Below are positions 60,562-64,000 of a stretch of 64,000 bases of DNA, piece after piece (the first letter of the stretch is position 1; each line of letters opens with the position of its first letter). Where the stretch lies: the NCBI GenBank assembly GCA_963675595.2, contig CAXXLZ010000002.1:2240001-2304000 (forward strand). Reading direction: 5' to 3'. This stretch comes from Thermodesulfobacteriota bacterium. GTDB taxonomy: Bacteria > Desulfobacterota > Desulfarculia > JACQYL01. The translations under genes and the position numbers were made by a program. The notes below the pieces were generated by a model. That model was not told the DNA's origin and did not search any database. It saw only the letters and a list, made by a program, of their open reading frames with translations.

Positions 60562-61610
60562 TTACTTGTATTCCATGAATTCTTCGACCTTTTTCAGATA
60601 GTCGGGACCGATTTCCTCGGCGTATTCCTTGTGCACCACATCGGCTTCATTCTTCAGTGTGGCCATGTCTTCATCGGACAGCTTGATGAACTCGACTCCC
60701 GACTCCTTGGCGTTCGCGATCTGGTCCGCCTCTTGAGCCCGGGTCTGCACACGGATATCGGCGCAAACTTCATTCACGACCTCTTTAAAGGTCTTCTGCA
60801 GGTCGGCGGGAAGCTTGTCGAACCACGCTTTGTTGAAAATCCAGATGAAAAGTCCCTGGGCGTAGTTGATCTGGGTGAAGAATTTGCACACCTCGAACTT
60901 CTTGGTGATGTTACAGACCATGGGAGTATGATCCAGCCCCGTAATGACTCCGCGCTGCAACGCCGTGGGCACGTCGGGCCACGGCATCACCACCGGGTTG
61001 AAGCCCCAGGCTTCGTACGTCAGCTTGTTGACGGCGGCTTCCGCGATACGGATTTTGACCTTCTTGGCGTCCGCAATATTCCTGACGGGCGTCGTGGTAG
61101 CCCAGCCGTAGTTCCCATAGCCCGTGATATCTAGGCCCATGATTCCCTGGTGCTCCATGCCGTCCAGGAAATGCCCAAAAAGCTCTTTGTTGCCGATGAA
61201 TTTGTCCAGCTTGTCGAAGGAATTAATGAGGAACGGCAGGTTGACGATCCCCATTCTGGGGCCCAGATTGGTGGAGGCCACGGAGGAAACACTCATGCCC
61301 TGAATGGCGCCCATTTGAAGTTGGTTGAGCACTTCCACTTCGCCGCCGAGCATGGAGAAAGGAAGGTACTCCAAATACATTTGGCCGTTGGTTCGTTTCC
61401 AGAGCTCGTCCCGAATGGCAAAACCGGCATACACGCCTTTAAGGGCCGGATGGGAAACGTTGGATACTTTGAATTTGTACTTGGCCGTAGAAGGATCGAA
61501 ATCCGGTTTCCACTTGTCCAGTGAGGGTTTGGCGGCCAAGACGGGACCTGTAAAGAGGGCGATACCGCCACGGCGACCAATACGAACGTCAACCGCTTAA
61601 GGACCAACAT
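60562..61610 (-). CDS. dctP: TRAP substrate-binding protein with an apparent 1-nt frameshift in the signal peptide
   Basis: LGGEVEVLNQLQMG, NLPFL, KIRI, MPWPDVPTALQRGVITG. The signal peptide MLVLKRLTFVLVAVAV (from 61610) is out of frame with ALFTGPVLAAKP near 61562. Confidence 0.88.
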
Positions 61611-62072
61611 AGGCTTTCTCCTCTGGTTCGACTAGTTGGATTCACCTTCTCTCCCGGAATTAAAAAGCGGTACCCCTTCAAGGATTCCCGGCAGACCCGC
61701 CTGCTCAAGGATTTCCCCTCCTCCCATGGGACCGCCTCCACGCTTACCTTGTCATCACCTCCCTCCGACTCCGGAACCTATTGCAATTGTTTTGTAACCG
61801 CGCAGTTCCTACCATGCCGGAGCCTTTGAATGCAATCCAAAAAGGCCTACGTACGGAAGCCGTGAGGGCCGACAACCCTGATCCGCCTCCCTGCAACCGG
61901 GGCCAAGACATGCCGTTCCGTTTCAGGTGTAAGCCGAAAACTTGGACTTTGGAGCAACATCCACCATGTGCCCCCCTTGGGTGATCGGCCGCTTTGCGCC
62001 CGAGAATAACGCATCTGTACGCCCGAAGACCGGTACGCTTACCGTCTCCAATATTTCATCCTGCCGCGCCAC

Positions 62073-63799
62073 CAGCAATTCCCGGTGAAAAAGATAGTCG
62101 GCGAAGCCGAGGGACATAAGGCTGATTCGAGAATATTTTTTCGTAAAGCGGCGATGCCGGTTCGAGTACAGCCTTCTTTCGGAAGGATCATAACCTATTG
62201 GAATTAGGTATGAAATTAAAGTAGATCTTTTGGTGTATATATGGTAGCCTTTATTAGATTGAATACTATATGTAGAGGTTACCAGGGTGCACATGAAGAA
62301 GCACCTCAGCTTCGTGTCTTTGAGAAAGGCGCTGTCCCGTCGGTTCGAGCAGGTCGGGGACCCGCGAGGGGGACGGACGGTTTATTCTTTGCACGATTGT
62401 CTGATGAGCGCCTTTGCCATGATGTACTTTCAGGACCCCTCGCTCCTGCAGTTCCAACGCAGACTGAAGGAGCGGACTCACCGCGACAACCTCAAGACCT
62501 TGTTCTCCGTGACGGAGATGGGACACGCAACTGCGGGACGTGATCGACGCGAGTGATCCGGGAGAGATCAAGGCCGTCTTCTCCGATTTCTTCCGACGCT
62601 TGCAGCGAGGCAAGCATCTGGAATCGTTTCAGGTTCTCGATGGCCGATACCTCATTGTGATCGACGGGTCGGAATATTTCTCCTCGGAAACCATCCATTG
62701 TCCCGGATGTTAGTTCAAAAATCCTCCAAAGGACGGATTCGCTACCACCATCAAATCGTGCAAGCGGCTCTGGTCCACCCGGATCGCCGTCAAGTCGTGC
62801 CTTTGGCTCCGGAATCGATCCAGAACAAGGATGGAGTCCAAAAACAGGATTGTGAGATCAACGCGGGGAAGCGGATATTGAAAGCCATCCGCCGGGACCA
62901 TCCCAAACTCAACATCATTATCGGCGGTGACGGACTGTATTCCAAACAGCCTTTCATCGCCGAGCTGAAGCGGGCGAGCATGTCCTTTGTGCTGGTCGCC
63001 AAACCCGCGGACCACAAAGTGCTCTTCGAGTGGATCGAAGAACTCCGGGGGATGCAAGAGATCGCGGGCCTGGAGATCACCGACGACAAGAAACGGGTGC
63101 ATAGCTACGAATGGGTCCATGGTGTGCCTCTCAACGGAAACGAAGATGCCCCCGACCTCCATTTTTTTGCCTACCGTCTGGAGAATGGAGGAAAGATCAC
63201 CTACCGGAACAGCTGGGTCACGGACATGCCGGTTGACGCGGAAAACGTGGCGGAACTGGTTAGGATCGGCAGAGCCCGATGGAAAATCGAAAACGAAGGA
63301 TTCAATACACTGAAGAACCAAGGGTATCATATCGAGCACAATTTCGGTCACGGCAAGAATCAACTCTCTTACGTCTTTTTCCTTCTGAACTTGGTGGCTT
63401 TTTTCTTCCATCAGATTTTCGAGTTGACGGACCCCTTGTACCAAAAATGTCGGGCGGGATTCAGTGCTCGAACCGAGTACTGGAATCAGCTGCGTTGCAC
63501 GATCCGGATTCTGGTATTCGAGTCGTGGGAAGACCTGTTGGCTTTGGTCCTGGACCCCGAAAGCGCCCGTCCCCCCTGAGGCGAAAAGGCCTCCTATAAC
63601 CCATCGGTCACAAACAAAGGTCCGAACTTTGATGGGACCGGTGCGCCTTCGGTCCAAAAAACTCCGGTCTTCCCTCTGCCTCACCACGCTTTTTCCCCTC
63701 TCATGCGCAAAATCGGACCCTCATTCCACCTATCCTCGCATCTCTACAAAGGCAAAATCTCCCTAAACACACCCAAATTCTCAACACCGAGAATCGCTG
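62073..63799 (+). mobile_element. ISNCY-like insertion sequence, 1727 bp, 15-bp IRs, 9-bp TSD
   Basis: IRL CAGCAATTCCCGGTG (62073-62087), IRR CACCGAGAATCGCTG (63785-63799), 13/15 match; flanking direct repeat CCGCGCCAC at 62064-62072 and 63800-63808. Confidence 0.9.
62293..63579 (+). pseudogene. DDE transposase (ISNCY-like) with two frameshifts (~62520, ~62708)
   Basis: MKKHLSF...FQDPSLLQFQ / TQLRDVID...IVIDGSEYFSSETIHC / KQDCEINAGKR...GDGLYS...GRARWKIENEGFNTLKNQGYHIEHNFGHG. Confidence 0.88.
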
Positions 63800-63816
63800 C
63801 CGCGCCACTTGAGGGC

Positions 63817-63846
63817 TTGACAGGCCGCAGCCCCCATAAGTATCGT
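63817..63846 (+). promoter_or_regulatory. Candidate sigma70 promoter of hisS
   Basis: TTGACA-N18-TATCGT upstream of RBS AAGGAG. Confidence 0.45.
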
Positions 63847-63882
63847 ACCGTTTCTTCAGAATTCTCCAAGGAGTATAGTGCA

Positions 63883-64000
63883 TTGATTCAACGAATTAAG
63901 GGAACCCGCGACCTTTTGCCGCCCGAAGTCGATTCTTGGGCGTTTCTGGAATCCATGGCCCGAGAAGTCTTCTCTCGGTTTGGTTATAAAGAGATCCGCC
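63883..64000 (+). CDS. hisS: Histidine--tRNA ligase, 5' end (partial)
   Basis: TTG start after AAGGAG: MIQRIKGTRDLLPPEVDSWAFLESMAREVFSRFGYKEIR. HisZ cannot be fully excluded from 39 aa. Confidence 0.82.
   Translation, partial: MIQRIKGTRDLLPPEVDSWAFLESMAREVFSRFGYKEIR

Noticed and set aside
61923-62294. 123-aa minus-strand ORF
   Set aside because: It straddles the IS left end, so it is a chance fusion of IS and host DNA.
62710-63687. 325-aa minus-strand ORF inside the IS
   Set aside because: Antisense shadow of the transposase.

Overview
GC-rich (roughly 57-58% by eye) bacterial chromosome segment. Gene content suggests Desulfobacterota/Deltaproteobacteria (inference only). 1-4.3 kb: 5' end of a CheB/CheR fusion gene, then decayed DNA (IS4 fragment, a ~155-bp MITE, a broken IS1182-like element, a three-gene chimeric pseudogene). 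5.3-8.9 kb: a large secreted beta-helix protein with five Fn3-like repeats and an IPTL-CTERM-like anchor. 9.8-20.7 kb: a signalling cluster (orphan LivK-type binding protein, triple-receiver hybrid kinase, CheR, REC-less CheB, second hybrid kinase) with no chemoreceptor, CheA or CheW in the window. This is the best candidate for an under-described system, possibly CheR/CheB methylation of the kinase's own Glu-rich coiled coil. The rest is mostly housekeeping: LonC-type protease, dnaJ, cbpM-like; glgP, CBS protein, M42 peptidase, ileS, lspA, lgt, kdsD, a DapA-fold protein lacking catalytic residues, SplB-like radical SAM; nagZ; bioA-bioF-bioD with a BirA-type operator; RND remnants; mtaB, mnmA, SPOR protein, aminotransferase, HelY-like helicase; HpnL/HpnN-like lipid transport genes; a TRAP transporter; an ISNCY-like element with a 9-bp target duplication; and the start of hisS. 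No rRNA, tRNA or CRISPR array was seen. All calls come from reading motifs; no database searches were run.
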